Notes: generated by a model not told the origin, from the letters alone. DNA of 41,446 nt from an uncultured archaeon (GCA_964486045.1 CAZALK010000026.1:1-41446); one strand, 5' to 3'; shown: positions 30,022 to 40,457, numbered from the stretch's first letter. Program-made: numbers and translations.

Positions 30022-30366
30022 CTAATCTTCAATTTCGTAAACATAATCAAAATCCTCAATGAAGTCAATAAAATCCTTTAATTTCTCTTTCTTAATTACA
30101 CATTCGACATGAAATTCAATATAATGTATTTGGTCTTTGTTCCACAATATTAATGGAAGAAATAATGGGGCTATGCTTTTATTGCAATATCCGCAGATTG
30201 ATGAGCCCATATAATATTCTCTTAATGAATAATTATCTAAATCATCAAGTATAATTTTAGCTTCTGGTTTTAAAAAATCTTTAAATGGGTCAAATCCTTC
30301 CTGAAACTCTAATTTTTCACGTTTTGAATATTTGGAGACCGCAATATCATCTTTATGATTCAACAA
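30022..30366 (-). CDS. Hypothetical protein with CxxC...HxxC
   Basis: CGYC and FHVEC; GAGGGT upstream. Confidence 0.6.
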   Translation of the reverse strand: MLNHKDDIAVSKYSKREKLEFQEGFDPFKDFLKPEAKIILDDLDNYSLREYYMGSSICGYCNKSIAPLFLPLILWNKDQIHYIEFHVECVIKKEKLKDFIDFIEDFDYVYEIED

Positions 30367-30510
30367 CCATCATACCCTCTTTTTAGATTTGTATAGGTAT
30401 TTTATATTAATTGTCTCCTTTTATGAGAGCCGTAGCGATGATATACTTAGAAGATCCTGCGTTTTTTCGTGATTCTCACTTATTTTACTATTTAGGTGGA
30501 TTTAAAAAAA

Positions 30511-30732
30511 CTATAACTCATTTTCTAATAATTTCTTTTTCTCTTCATCAGTAAACGAATTTGCCACTCCTCCTAACTCCTGCTGAGATAAGATATCTTC
30601 ATCAGTTATCACACCAAGAAAATCTTTGTCAAAATCTAAATCACACTCATGGCAATGGATTGAGTCTTCAAATTCTATGATGCTTTCATTTTGACATCGG
30701 GGACAGTGATAATCTGTCATTTTATTTTTCAT
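30511..30732 (-). CDS. Small zinc-ribbon protein
   Basis: CPRC...CHEC; paralog of 34071-34337. Confidence 0.7.
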   Translation of the reverse strand: MKNKMTDYHCPRCQNESIIEFEDSIHCHECDLDFDKDFLGVITDEDILSQQELGGVANSFTDEEKKKLLENEL

Positions 30733-30947
30733 TTTTCTCACACTTATCAAGTTTTAAACTATTAAAAGATCGTGATTTTTGCCTTATTTATCCAACTTTG
30801 GGATATTATCAAAATTGAAATTTGGATTTATTACTTTATAAACTTTAATTATTGAATAAAATGTAATTTTTCATGTATTTATAGATTTTGTCCTAGTAAT
30901 TGTCCTAATGCATTAATTTTATATTTAAGAGAATCAGTCTTAGAATT

Positions 30948-32639
30948 ATGACAAAAATTAATATCATCCCTGAAAAAATACCACATCAATTCTGGGAAAG
31001 AAACCAATATCAAGATATTATCCTTTATGCATTGGGCATTCATGGCCCACTGAAACGAGAGGAATTTATAAATAATAGAGATAGGGGTATAAGCAACAGA
31101 ATGAATAAGAACACATTTCACAAATGGGCTAAAAAGTTAAAAAGCAATAACTATATAAACGTTTCTCGGGAAAGGAAATATAGTATTTATATAATCACCA
31201 ATTTAGGAGTGAAATTATTGATAAAAAGATTAAGATCCTACAATCTAGACATAAAAACAATTCTAAATTTAGAGCGAAAATCGACATCTAAAACAACTAC
31301 TCAAAACACTCAGTTCCTTAGAGAATATGAAATAGAAAATGAAGATATTATGATCGAGTTTCTCAAACTCAAAAATGAAATAACAAGGGATAAATTAAAA
31401 CTTTTTTCTGAGGATCGGTTTAATAGAGCCATCTTATATCTAATTCTAAACCATCCGAGGTATTTTAATAATTTTAAGAGCGTAAACATTCCAATGGATG
31501 ATTTTATTGAGAAATATGGTAATGATATTTTATCCAAAGATGAATTAAAATGGTTTCTTCGCAAACTTCTTAGGAAAAAAAATACAACAATATCATTTTA
31601 CAAATTAAACTTAATAAAAAGAGGGATTAACTTATATTTTAGATCTACTGAGGAATATGGTGGCATTTTTGAAATAACTATCCAGTCATTACTAAGAGAT
31701 CATTATTACTTACAACATGTTTACAATGGCAAACTCCCAGAAATCATTATTAATGAAATATGTGAAGAAGCCTTAACAACGCTAATTAATAAATATCATT
31801 TATTCCACAAAGATCTTGAACCCTCCTTATATGACACTATAAAGTATTATTTATTAACACTTACCAAAGATCTTCAAAAGAAAGCGTTCATAAAGAGCTT
31901 TGGGTTGCATGAGATCCCCACGTTAATCTTGACATCTAAACTTTTCGATTATGAAAGACTGGATTATTTACAAAAACGAACTTTATTCCATCTTGAGGAA
32001 GCTGATAATGCCCTTTTACCCTTTGAATACAGAAAGCATATCAAATTTGCCAATAAATTCATTAAAAAAGCAATAGATTTCGACAAAGATGATCCCTATA
32101 ATTACTCACTAAAAGCCCAAATCTTGTATTTTAAGGGGGAATATGAAAAGGTGTTGGAAACAATAAACAAAGCTATCGAACTAGAACCCAAAGTAGCTCA
32201 ATTTTATTCAGAATTAGCTTTCTTTCTAAGATGGCAGAATAAACACGAAGAGGCTTTAGATGCAATAAATAAAGCCATTGAAATAGAACCAGAAATAGCG
32301 AAATATTATTCAGATTTGGCGATAGTTTATTGGTCTTTAAATCAACATGAAAAAGTATTAGATGCGTTAAATTTAGCTTTAAAAAAAGACCCTCAGAATT
32401 TCGATTATTATATAAGAAAAGTACATTGTTTAGCACATGATTTACGGAAGCATAAATTAGCATTAAATGTTTTAGAAAGTTTATCCCAACTTAAACCAAA
32501 AAAAATAGAATTGTTTGAGATTTATAAAACCAAAGCAGGAATTTTGCTTAGTATGGAGAATCGTGAAGCGGCACTCAATATAATTAGAAAAACTAGGCAT
32601 TTATACCCCAATAAAGAAATTTTTCCTAATTTACACTAA
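30948..32639 (+). CDS. Winged-helix N-terminal / TPR C-terminal protein
   Basis: NTFHKWAKKLKSNNYI...YIITNLG; repeats of INKAIELEP..A..Y. Confidence 0.85.
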   Translation: MTKINIIPEKIPHQFWERNQYQDIILYALGIHGPLKREEFINNRDRGISNRMNKNTFHKWAKKLKSNNYINVSRERKYSIYIITNLGVKLLIKRLRSYNLDIKTILNLERKSTSKTTTQNTQFLREYEIENEDIMIEFLKLKNEITRDKLKLFSEDRFNRAILYLILNHPRYFNNFKSVNIPMDDFIEKYGNDILSKDELKWFLRKLLRKKNTTISFYKLNLIKRGINLYFRSTEEYGGIFEITIQSLLRDHYYLQHVYNGKLPEIIINEICEEALTTLINKYHLFHKDLEPSLYDTIKYYLLTLTKDLQKKAFIKSFGLHEIPTLILTSKLFDYERLDYLQKRTLFHLEEADNALLPFEYRKHIKFANKFIKKAIDFDKDDPYNYSLKAQILYFKGEYEKVLETINKAIELEPKVAQFYSELAFFLRWQNKHEEALDAINKAIEIEPEIAKYYSDLAIVYWSLNQHEKVLDALNLALKKDPQNFDYYIRKVHCLAHDLRKHKLALNVLESLSQLKPKKIELFEIYKTKAGILLSMENREAALNIIRKTRHLYPNKEIFPNLH

Positions 32640-32901
32640 AACAATTCAAATCTAAAATATAAATTAGACTTCACGCTTCTACACCCTTTCTTCAATTAAA
32701 AGGGGTATATAGAAATATATCCCCCATAGAAAATACTTTATAATACTTTACAAGGATAAAGATATAAACAACTGAAAAAATCTGCTACCCTTCTACTGTT
32801 TATGTTAAATTTGCAGCAAATCCGTGTATTTCTTATAGTTTCGTATTGATGTTTTTAAAAACAAGTCATAATGAGGATTACATTGGGGGAAAAATGATAG
32901 A

Positions 32902-33297
32902 ATGATTTATGAAACAATCTTCAAAAAATTAAGGAAAATGATTGATTTTGATGAATTGAAAAATAAAGCACATCTGAAATTTACATCTAAAGGTTTTATG
33001 GATCTAAATTTCGATTATTTAGGTGCTGAAGATGATGGATGTTTTAAAATTGCACTGTCTCATAATTATATCCAAAATCGTGATTTAATATGCGATCCGG
33101 ACATGGAAGTTCTGATTCATCAAAAAATGAAAATGGCTGAAGCCATGACTTATCAACAAAATAACCTAGGCATTTATAGAATAGTTTATTCTGAAGACCG
33201 AAAGAAAGTTAATCTTATTGCTAAAAAAGAGCTAAATAATTTTCTAAATAAATGGTTAAGCAACTTATTAACACAAAATTACAGCTTATCAAATTGA
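32902..33297 (+). CDS. DUF1249/DUF6908-like protein
   Basis: GFMDL; LSHNYIQNRDLICDPDME; LNNFLNKWLSNL. Confidence 0.75.
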   Translation: MIYETIFKKLRKMIDFDELKNKAHLKFTSKGFMDLNFDYLGAEDDGCFKIALSHNYIQNRDLICDPDMEVLIHQKMKMAEAMTYQQNNLGIYRIVYSEDRKKVNLIAKKELNNFLNKWLSNLLTQNYSLSN

Positions 33298-33344
33298 ATT
33301 TTTTAAAAGGTTATAAAAATAACTATTGAATGCTCTTGGTTTTC

Positions 33345-33380
33345 TACACTCAATTAAGAGATTTAGTTGTCATTTTTATA
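33345..33380 (+). promoter_or_regulatory. 36-bp motif ending in TATA-like TTTTTATA, copy 1
   Basis: 32/36 identical to 36270-36305. Confidence 0.6.
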
Positions 33381-33403
33381 ATTATAGAATAAAAATATAA
33401 TCG

Positions 33404-33889
33404 ATGATAGATTCTGATTTAGATTTTGAACCAGAAGGCAGGAAGGTTAATGAATTAAAAGATTATGCTAGAAGACACAAATTAACTGGATACTCTTACT
33501 TAAGAAAGCAGAAACTAATTGAATTAGTCAACAAAGATATGAAAGAAAAAGCAAAAAGCTTATTGTCAAAACTACAAATAGCCATCTTCTTAGAAATCGT
33601 CAATCTCTATTGCAACGGAAAAGATTACGAATATATCGTCGGTGTCAATAGCGATTTCTTAGCAGATAGAATTAACATGGAAGAAAAAACGATTATGGAA
33701 GTATTAAAGCCTCTGGAAAAAAAGGATTTTCTAATTGGTGAGGCTGAAACTTATTGGAGAACGCCGTTCAACAGAGAAACAGGTCAATTTGGAAAAAGAG
33801 AGACTATACATACGCATAAATGGAAAATAACGGAAAAAGGTAAAAAACTTGCAAATGCAATATTAAGCCCCAAAAAAATTAAATGGTAA
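33404..33889 (+). CDS. Rho-N/HEH-like domain fused to a winged helix; putative DNA-binding protein
   Basis: KVNELKDYARRHKLTGYSYLRKQKLIELV; WKITEKGK. Confidence 0.7.
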   Translation: MIDSDLDFEPEGRKVNELKDYARRHKLTGYSYLRKQKLIELVNKDMKEKAKSLLSKLQIAIFLEIVNLYCNGKDYEYIVGVNSDFLADRINMEEKTIMEVLKPLEKKDFLIGEAETYWRTPFNRETGQFGKRETIHTHKWKITEKGKKLANAILSPKKIKW

Positions 33890-34070
33890 ATCTTTAGGCT
33901 CAGGATTAAAATTAGCGTTAGCTTGCTTTGTATTTTATTATAATTTAAAGCAGAAGGGTAATGAGTGTTCTTATAAATTTTTTACAAATAAACTAACACA
34001 TATGTAAAACTTATATTCCCATTATTATTAGTAAAATTTAATCAATAAAGACAAATTGAATGTGCGTAGA

Positions 34071-34337
34071 ATGCGATATTATTGTCCTAGATGTGGGAAT
34101 AAAAAAATTGTCGAATACCCAAAGAGTTTTGAATGCCCCAACTGTTTAGATAATGAAGGATTTCCTCTTGAATATGATAAAGAAGATTTCAATACAATAA
34201 AAAATAAATCAGAAATTTTGTCTGTAAGAGAAAAACTAGCTTTTCTTAACACCGTTAATGAAGAACTTAAAGATCCGGAAAAACGCAAAAGATTTTTAAA
34301 GTCAATTGAAGACGATTTGGAAAAAGAAAGTTATTAA
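34071..34337 (+). CDS. Small zinc-ribbon protein
   Basis: CPRC...CPNC; EILSVREK. Confidence 0.7.
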   Translation: MRYYCPRCGNKKIVEYPKSFECPNCLDNEGFPLEYDKEDFNTIKNKSEILSVREKLAFLNTVNEELKDPEKRKRFLKSIEDDLEKESY

Positions 34338-34477
34338 AATTATATCTACTGTTGACATATTCCCCTGTAAGATATTTTAAGAGAAAATTTTGGAGCTATT
34401 ATCACATTAAGTAAAAAGGATAAAAATAAAGTGAGGTCTCTCCTATCTTTAAATATTATTATAGAGATATTATAATC

Positions 34478-34594
34478 ATGAGTAAAAAAATTAAGAGAGC
34501 TAAAAAGGTTTCTAAAGTCAAAAAGGTTAAAAAAATTAAAAAAATCAAGAAAGTACCTGAAGCAAAAAAGACCGAAGAAGTTGACACAGTATAA
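34478..34594 (+). CDS. 38-aa lysine-rich peptide
   Basis: MSKKIKRAKKVSKVKKVKKIKKIKKVPEAKKTEEVDTV. Confidence 0.5.
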   Translation: MSKKIKRAKKVSKVKKVKKIKKIKKVPEAKKTEEVDTV

Positions 34595-34643
34595 TTTTTA
34601 GAGAAACTTAAAGTCTAGTTTATTCTTTATAGGAGAGCAAAAA

Positions 34644-35360
34644 GTGAATCATAATTATAAACAAGATCTAAAAAATCATTTAATTAAAGAAAAAAAAGAA
34701 AAATTAAGCGAAAAATCAGTAGAAGCAATTATTAAAGAAAACCTCTATATTATTGAAGAAAAAAGTTTTACCTTAAGGGCAGTAATAAGTCCTGCGGATT
34801 ACCCATATCATGAACAATTAGATTTTAATCCATTTGAGTTTACTAATTTCTTTAACCAACTTTTAATGAGAAGCTATAGTCTAAATAAGGAAACTCAGCC
34901 AATTATCTTTTTTGATCAGCAAGGATCAATAATCGATTATTCCGCTTTTCTCATACCAATTATTCCTAACAAATGGATGAGTTTAAGAAAAAGGAATAGA
35001 TATAATAACATATTAATCAAAAATGATGGGGTTCTATTGTTTATTACTTCACAGAATGTTGAAATAGATAATAAGTATATGTTAGATTTAGACTCTTTAT
35101 CCCTCCAGTTAGAAATCTTCTTCTCTCATATTATTCCAGAAATCTATGAAAACATGAATTATGAAGACAGATTAAAAATTAAAATTGAATGTTTTGGTTT
35201 AAGAAAATGTTATATTCAGGATGTGGATCATCTTGAAAAGATTAAACCACTAAGAGGTACATCGAGCAGATTTAGTAGATCTTATATCTTAAATCTTCAA
35301 AATCCCATCGCAATTTACAGAATAATTATTAATGATATGCGAAGACTATTTGAATTCTAA
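34644..35360 (+). CDS. Hypothetical protein
   Basis: 238-aa ORF; AGGAGAG upstream of GTG. Confidence 0.7.
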   Translation: MNHNYKQDLKNHLIKEKKEKLSEKSVEAIIKENLYIIEEKSFTLRAVISPADYPYHEQLDFNPFEFTNFFNQLLMRSYSLNKETQPIIFFDQQGSIIDYSAFLIPIIPNKWMSLRKRNRYNNILIKNDGVLLFITSQNVEIDNKYMLDLDSLSLQLEIFFSHIIPEIYENMNYEDRLKIKIECFGLRKCYIQDVDHLEKIKPLRGTSSRFSRSYILNLQNPIAIYRIIINDMRRLFEF

Positions 35361-35526
35361 AGTGACGAGAATATAAATTTTAATTTTATTTAGATCAAGA
35401 ATTTGCGTCTCGAATATTGATAGAAGAGATTTTCAAGGGCTATGAGCCACTTTGTTACATAAATTTTTTTTCCCTTAATGGCTCCCATTAACTCTTAATT
35501 TCCTTCATAACTCTTCTTTAATTTGC

Positions 35527-35829
35527 TTATTTTACAGTACAAATTAACTCTTGCTTTATTATTGCTTTTTTAAAGATAATTTCATAAATAGGCCGAGTGT
35601 TAGGTTCTTTTTCTATTGTTCCTGAACAAAGAACTGCTACAAAGTCTTTTGATTCTTCATGTATTTTCCCTACACACCATAAAGTAAAAAGTCTTTTAAA
35701 TATTTCTTTTGGCTTATTCCATGTCTTACCATGATCATAATGTTCGAAGTAATAAATTTTATCTCCAGGATTGATCATCTTTATTTTTACCTCCGGTTTT
35801 TTAATTCCACTCAAAAATATTATTTGCAC
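35527..35829 (-). CDS. Hypothetical protein
   Basis: Directly downstream of the wHTH gene; an internal ATG (MINPG) preceded by GGAGGT may be the true start. Confidence 0.6.
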   Translation of the reverse strand: MQIIFLSGIKKPEVKIKMINPGDKIYYFEHYDHGKTWNKPKEIFKRLFTLWCVGKIHEESKDFVAVLCSGTIEKEPNTRPIYEIIFKKAIIKQELICTVK

Positions 35830-35833
35830 CAGA

Positions 35834-36055
35834 TTATTCCGGTTTATTGGTATTTTCCATTTTATCCCAATTAATCATTTCCCGCCACGGAATAGGATAA
35901 TAATTTCCTTTTACCATTCCATCTTTCACGAGCTTCTTCAAATAACGATTAACTTTCCTCATAGAGAATTTTACTTTTCTACTTAATTCATTAATAGTAA
36001 GCCCGGGATTCTGATCTATTATTTCATACAAAAAATACCTTTTTTCAAAAGTCAA
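35834..36055 (-). CDS. Small winged-helix DNA-binding protein
   Basis: IDQNPGLTINELSRKV..SMRKVNRYLKKLVKDG. Confidence 0.75.
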   Translation of the reverse strand: MTFEKRYFLYEIIDQNPGLTINELSRKVKFSMRKVNRYLKKLVKDGMVKGNYYPIPWREMINWDKMENTNKPE

Positions 36056-36269
36056 AACTAAAAACCCTATCTTTTTTCTTTTTTGTTTTTATTCCTAATT
36101 AATTTTTTTTATCTATTTATTTAAAGTTAGGATCTTAATTCTGTTTACAACTATTAAATACCACATTTTTAGGTTTATAACAAATAAACTTAGAAAGGGT
36201 ATAAATTGTGAACCAAACCGTATTAGTTTCTAACCTATAAACAAGATATTCAAATAACTCTTAAAATCT

Positions 36270-36305
36270 TACACCCAAATAAGAGATTTAGTTGGTATTT
36301 TTATA
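36270..36305 (+). promoter_or_regulatory. 36-bp motif ending in TATA-like TTTTTATA, copy 2
   Basis: 32/36 identical to 33345-33380. Confidence 0.6.
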
Positions 36306-36358
36306 CATAAAAAAGAAAATGTATTTGCATAAAATGTTAAATAAAAATTGCATTTGCG

Positions 36359-36607
36359 GTGTTAAAGTTGGTCGAATTTGTTATTGAAGCAAAGAAAATA
36401 GATAGAGAGACCGACTTAGACATTAATTTATTAAAACAATATATAAATCGTTTAGAAGTTAAACTCAAAGGAAGTAGAAAGATAATGTATTCTGATATTA
36501 TTAATCTAATAGCAAGAGAAGAAAACATAGGAGAGAACGTTAGCAAATTGATGAGATGGTGTGGAACTAAAATCAAACGAGGGATTTACTATATTAATGA
36601 TTATTAA
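36359..36607 (+). CDS. Hypothetical protein
   Basis: 82-aa ORF downstream of the repeated motif. Confidence 0.55.
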   Translation: MLKLVEFVIEAKKIDRETDLDINLLKQYINRLEVKLKGSRKIMYSDIINLIAREENIGENVSKLMRWCGTKIKRGIYYINDY

Positions 36608-36988
36608 AAAGCAAAATGATATAAGAGATCAGCTTAAAATTTACTATTTTTCTTAGTAATAAGTGATAAAAAAACAGCACTTAGGATTTAGCCCTACTCA
36701 TCTTTTATCTCATGGTATTTACAATTTTTATTGATTCAATAGTTGTTTGAAACTTTATAAAACTTTAAAATTATATAAAAAACCAAAAGTCTTTCCACCC
36801 TTTAGATTTAAATTTTTGTTCAACCTCAATTTATGGAACTCCGCTATAATAATCCTTATGTAAATAGCATCCTAATAGATTGTGAGACTAAGTTAGCCTA
36901 GCTACAAGCGTGGTAAAAAAATCTGCGGGAAAATATTATTACACCCTTGAAAGGATCTACGTATAGAATGATTGCAACAACAAAGGGA

Positions 36989-37108
36989 GACTCCTGCCAA
37001 CAAGACGCAAAACCGCGTCGGAAAAATACAATAGGGGGAGGAGGGCGAAATCAGAGTGTAAGAATTTACACTACCAAAAGACAAAAATCCAGGGTGTGGG
37101 CAGGAGTC
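36989..37108. ncRNA. Candidate structured non-coding element
   Basis: Closing stem GACTCCTGCC/GGCAGGAGTC; internal hairpins GACGC/GCGTC and AGTGTAA/TTACACT. Confidence 0.35.
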
Positions 37109-37552
37109 ATTGCTTTTATGTTAATTTAAGGTTGGATATAATTATGCTTATTGAGAGCATGTATGTTAGACTTTATTCTTTAATACAATTAAAATTTAAC
37201 AAAATGATTTTTTCTATAGTTTTATTAATATTACATATTAATTTTTCAATATTAAAAGGTTTTCCTTCAAAATTAACACCGGTTGACATTGGGACATCAG
37301 TAAATAAAGAGAGATCTAACTCAACGTAATAAATTTAGACATAATTTTAAATTTTAATAAAGAATAAGTTTTAAGACCATCAAAAAATCTTGTGAATAAT
37401 TCGATCTTAAGTCATTTCCTAAAATTAAGGGCTGATAAATTTGTTAAAAGCTAAAACTTTAGCAATTAGGTTAGGAGAAAATATTGAGATCAAATTAAAT
37501 GCCTGGTTATTAGGTTAAATACTTAGATAAGAATTCAGAATTTGTTAATGTT

Positions 37553-38071
37553 TCATGGTTGCACAACGCAACTAACCGTAACATTTCCCTCCTTAAAATC
37601 TATGAACTTTTCAAGAATTTTATTTACTGTTTTAATATAGTCACCTTTTCGCCCAATCGCAATGCCCCTTTCTTTGTACGATAAAACCGTAATACACACC
37701 TCCGGTATGGCTTCACCTTCTATAATAAACAGATCTTAGATGTAGATATTCGGAAAAAATCTATGTGTTAAATTAACTAAAACATCCTCCAAATAAATAA
37801 AGAGAATCTTTTTATGTTTGATACTACGACGAAAAGCGTCTATATATTTATTTACTTCGGCATATTCTTTACCGTCAATAAAGTAAAATATAAAATTATA
37901 TAAAATTAGAACGAATTTAGGAAACACGTTAGTTTGTTCATGGAAATATTTAAAATATAAGAGTTCCTCATTAGAAAACTTATTAATATTTATTCCCACT
38001 TCTTGATATAAAATAGGGTCCTGATAAGAAATATTGACATTCCTTTCAATGTAAAGCGTGAAATCACTCAT
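37553..38071 (-). pseudogene. Divergent archaeal NusA-like KH protein interrupted by an in-frame TAA (37738-37736)
   Basis: Frame continues past the stop to RGIAIGRKGDYIKTVNKIL (KH GxxG motif). Confidence 0.65.
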
Positions 38072-38191
38072 TTTTATTATCTTTATTTTTTAACTAATTA
38101 ATTATCCAACTATTTCGTTAAAAATATTAAAAGTCCTCTAAAGATTCATTTCTTTTTCATTTTAACTGACACCCCACTTGTAGGGGTTTTT

Positions 38192-38214
38192 ATATTAGAT
38201 TTTAAATCTAATAT
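38192..38214. promoter_or_regulatory. Perfect 11-1-11 palindrome between divergent genes (operator-like)
   Basis: ATATTAGATTT-T-AAATCTAATAT. Confidence 0.45.
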
Positions 38215-38274
38215 TAATACTCTTAAAGTGCAAAAAAATATCGTATAAAATTAGAATCTAAAGGGGTTTAATGA

Positions 38275-38877
38275 ATGGGTCAATATTACGGAATTTATAA
38301 TTTAAATAAAAAAGAATATATGAATCCGCATAAATTTGATGATGGAGCTAAGTTATTAGAATTTGCTTGTAGTCAAGATGGCATCCTTACCCCATTAACA
38401 ATTCTTTTAGCACACGGTAACGGACGCGGTGGTGGAGATTTAAATATAGTATCTCATAGAAGTAAATTACGTAAATCTGAGATTGACACTAATTTCTTTA
38501 GATTTGAATCAGAATGGGAAAATAGTGGTGAGGTGCATTGGATTACAGTCCCAAAAATAGTTGGGAGTTGGAGCGGAGATAGAATTGTTATCTCTGGCGA
38601 TTATGACGATAGAGGCGTGTTTATAGAAGATGGTAGAAAACTAACACATAATGAGCTTAAACAACTTGAAAATCATTATACCGATATTTCACATTTTAAG
38701 TCTACTAAAGGTCTTTGTTTAATGGCCTATGCGGAATATTTGGGTTTTTATAAGGATGTCAGTGAAGATATTCTTAAAGCTATGATGGTTGACAGTTATT
38801 TAAGACACAGCATAAAAGAAAGCGGGATCTCTTTAAGACCAGATACCATTCTTTATTGCGATAAGTTTCGGGGATAG
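38275..38877 (+). CDS. Conserved hypothetical protein (MGQYY...W.GDRI..GDY type)
   Basis: MGQYYGIYNLNKKEY; GSWSGDRIVISGDY. Confidence 0.75.
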   Translation: MGQYYGIYNLNKKEYMNPHKFDDGAKLLEFACSQDGILTPLTILLAHGNGRGGGDLNIVSHRSKLRKSEIDTNFFRFESEWENSGEVHWITVPKIVGSWSGDRIVISGDYDDRGVFIEDGRKLTHNELKQLENHYTDISHFKSTKGLCLMAYAEYLGFYKDVSEDILKAMMVDSYLRHSIKESGISLRPDTILYCDKFRG

Positions 38878-39100
38878 AAAGACTTCCATCACCACTTTTT
38901 ATATTCTCTTCCCAAAATTATAGAGCACTATTCTCAGCAATTCTATATTTAACTTTTTTCTGAAGAACATAATTTCTCAACAGTAGTAAAAAAAGGACTT
39001 TTTATTCTCAAATTTGAACTTAATTTCAGTATAAAATCGAAGAAATGAAGAAAGAAAAACTTGTTAGAGGATTTAATGAATCTTTAAAAAGGAAATCGGA

Positions 39101-39331
39101 ATGAAAATTACTGTATTGTGAGATTATTATAAACAAAATGAAAATCTACCATATTGTATGGCCCGGATGATTGAATGGAAATCAGGAGGTGTGACACTCA
39201 AGCAAAAATTCCTTGATCCATCTAAAAATCAAAAATTTAATTTCGAAAGTGAAGATGATTTAGAATGTTTACTCGAATTAATATATGGACATTACAAATG
39301 TTTAGAATTCTGGAATGCCATTAAAAAATAA
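39101..39331 (+). pseudogene. Small ORF with an in-frame TGA at codon 7 (or a 57-aa ORF from ATG 39158)
   Basis: MKITVL-stop-DYYKQNENLPYCMARMIEW... runs in one frame to TAA 39331. Confidence 0.35.
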
Positions 39332-39408
39332 CAGTAATATTATGAATTGACTGGATTTGAAAGGGATTAAAAGTATGAAAGGGAATTTTAAGAAGTGGTG
39401 AGAGTCTA

Positions 39409-40457
39409 ATGGTCAGAAATATATTAATATTTTCGCTAAGGATTATTATGAATTCGGTCTCTTAAGGGGTCAAGAGTCAAAAAGACAAATCAAAGCAACC
39501 AATCGGCTAATAAACGCATTTATTAAGGTCTACAATCTTTCTCTTGAGCAATTTCTATATTATGCTAAAAAATACACAATTCCAGATGATTATAAAGCAG
39601 AGATTCAAGGTCTTACGGAGGAAACTGGGCTTACTTATGAACGGATTTTATTACAGAAAACATGGATTGATACTTATTATGGAATTCTACAACCATTAAA
39701 TGTTGTGAAAGAAAATATTGGTGCATGCACTAGTTTTGTTGTTAGAAAGGAGAAAAATCAATATATACATGGTCAAACGATGGATTTTGGGTTAGTTTTC
39801 CTTCCATCATTAAATTGGCTCAAATATAAAATATCAGGAAAAAAACCGGTGTTTTGTCTTAGCTTGGGATGTAGTACTTTTCCGATGGGCATGAATTATG
39901 ATATGGCTTGTACACTTAATCTTGTCCAGACCCAGGATATGGGGGAGTTTAGGATCCCTACAAGCATTAAATCTCAGATAGCATTTGAATATTGCAGAAA
40001 TCCTTTAGAGTTTTTTAGAATTATGACGGGATCATATTGCGGCGGGTGGAATTATATCTATTCTGATAGAGAAGGTAATCTTTTTTCTTTTGAAACAAAA
40101 CCCTTTATAAACGCCATTTTTTATCCAAATGATGAGGATTACATTGTAAAAACAAATACTTTTCAAGCTAAGCCGTTAAAAAGATCTCTCCTTGATCCAC
40201 ACTACTCACTCAAACGACAAACAAAAACAGAAGAGCTAATTAAAGAAAAATTATCTAAAAAGGAAGAATTTAAAATCGCTGACGGTATGGAAATTCTTTG
40301 CGATAATGATGGTACTGAAGCAAGTGTATGTCGATTTTCAGATCAGAATGATTATTTGAAAGTATGTACAGAAGCATATTTCTTGACAAATGGCAAAGAA
40401 GGATTTTATGGAATCGGTAATCCAGTTAATGATTCATGGGGACGGATTCAATCTTAG
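39409..40457 (+). pseudogene. Peptidase C45 (acyl-CoA:6-APA acyltransferase-like Ntn hydrolase) with a frameshift just after the ATG
   Basis: GACTSF nucleophile motif; HGQTMD; open frame extends about 100 codons upstream of 39705; SD-preceded ATG 39409 is 1 nt out of frame. Confidence 0.7.

Noticed and set aside
566-32463. Antisense/shadow ORFs in the track (566, 2301, 5237, 5990, 8182, 10861, 11075, 11762, 15136, 20599, 20728, 21570, 26312, 27615, 27775, 30879, 31310, 32173)
   Set aside because: They overlap better-supported genes and show no recognisable motifs
39101-39400. Selenoprotein with UGA at codon 7
   Set aside because: No convincing SECIS-like hairpin downstream and no redox motif; a nonsense mutation or later start is simpler
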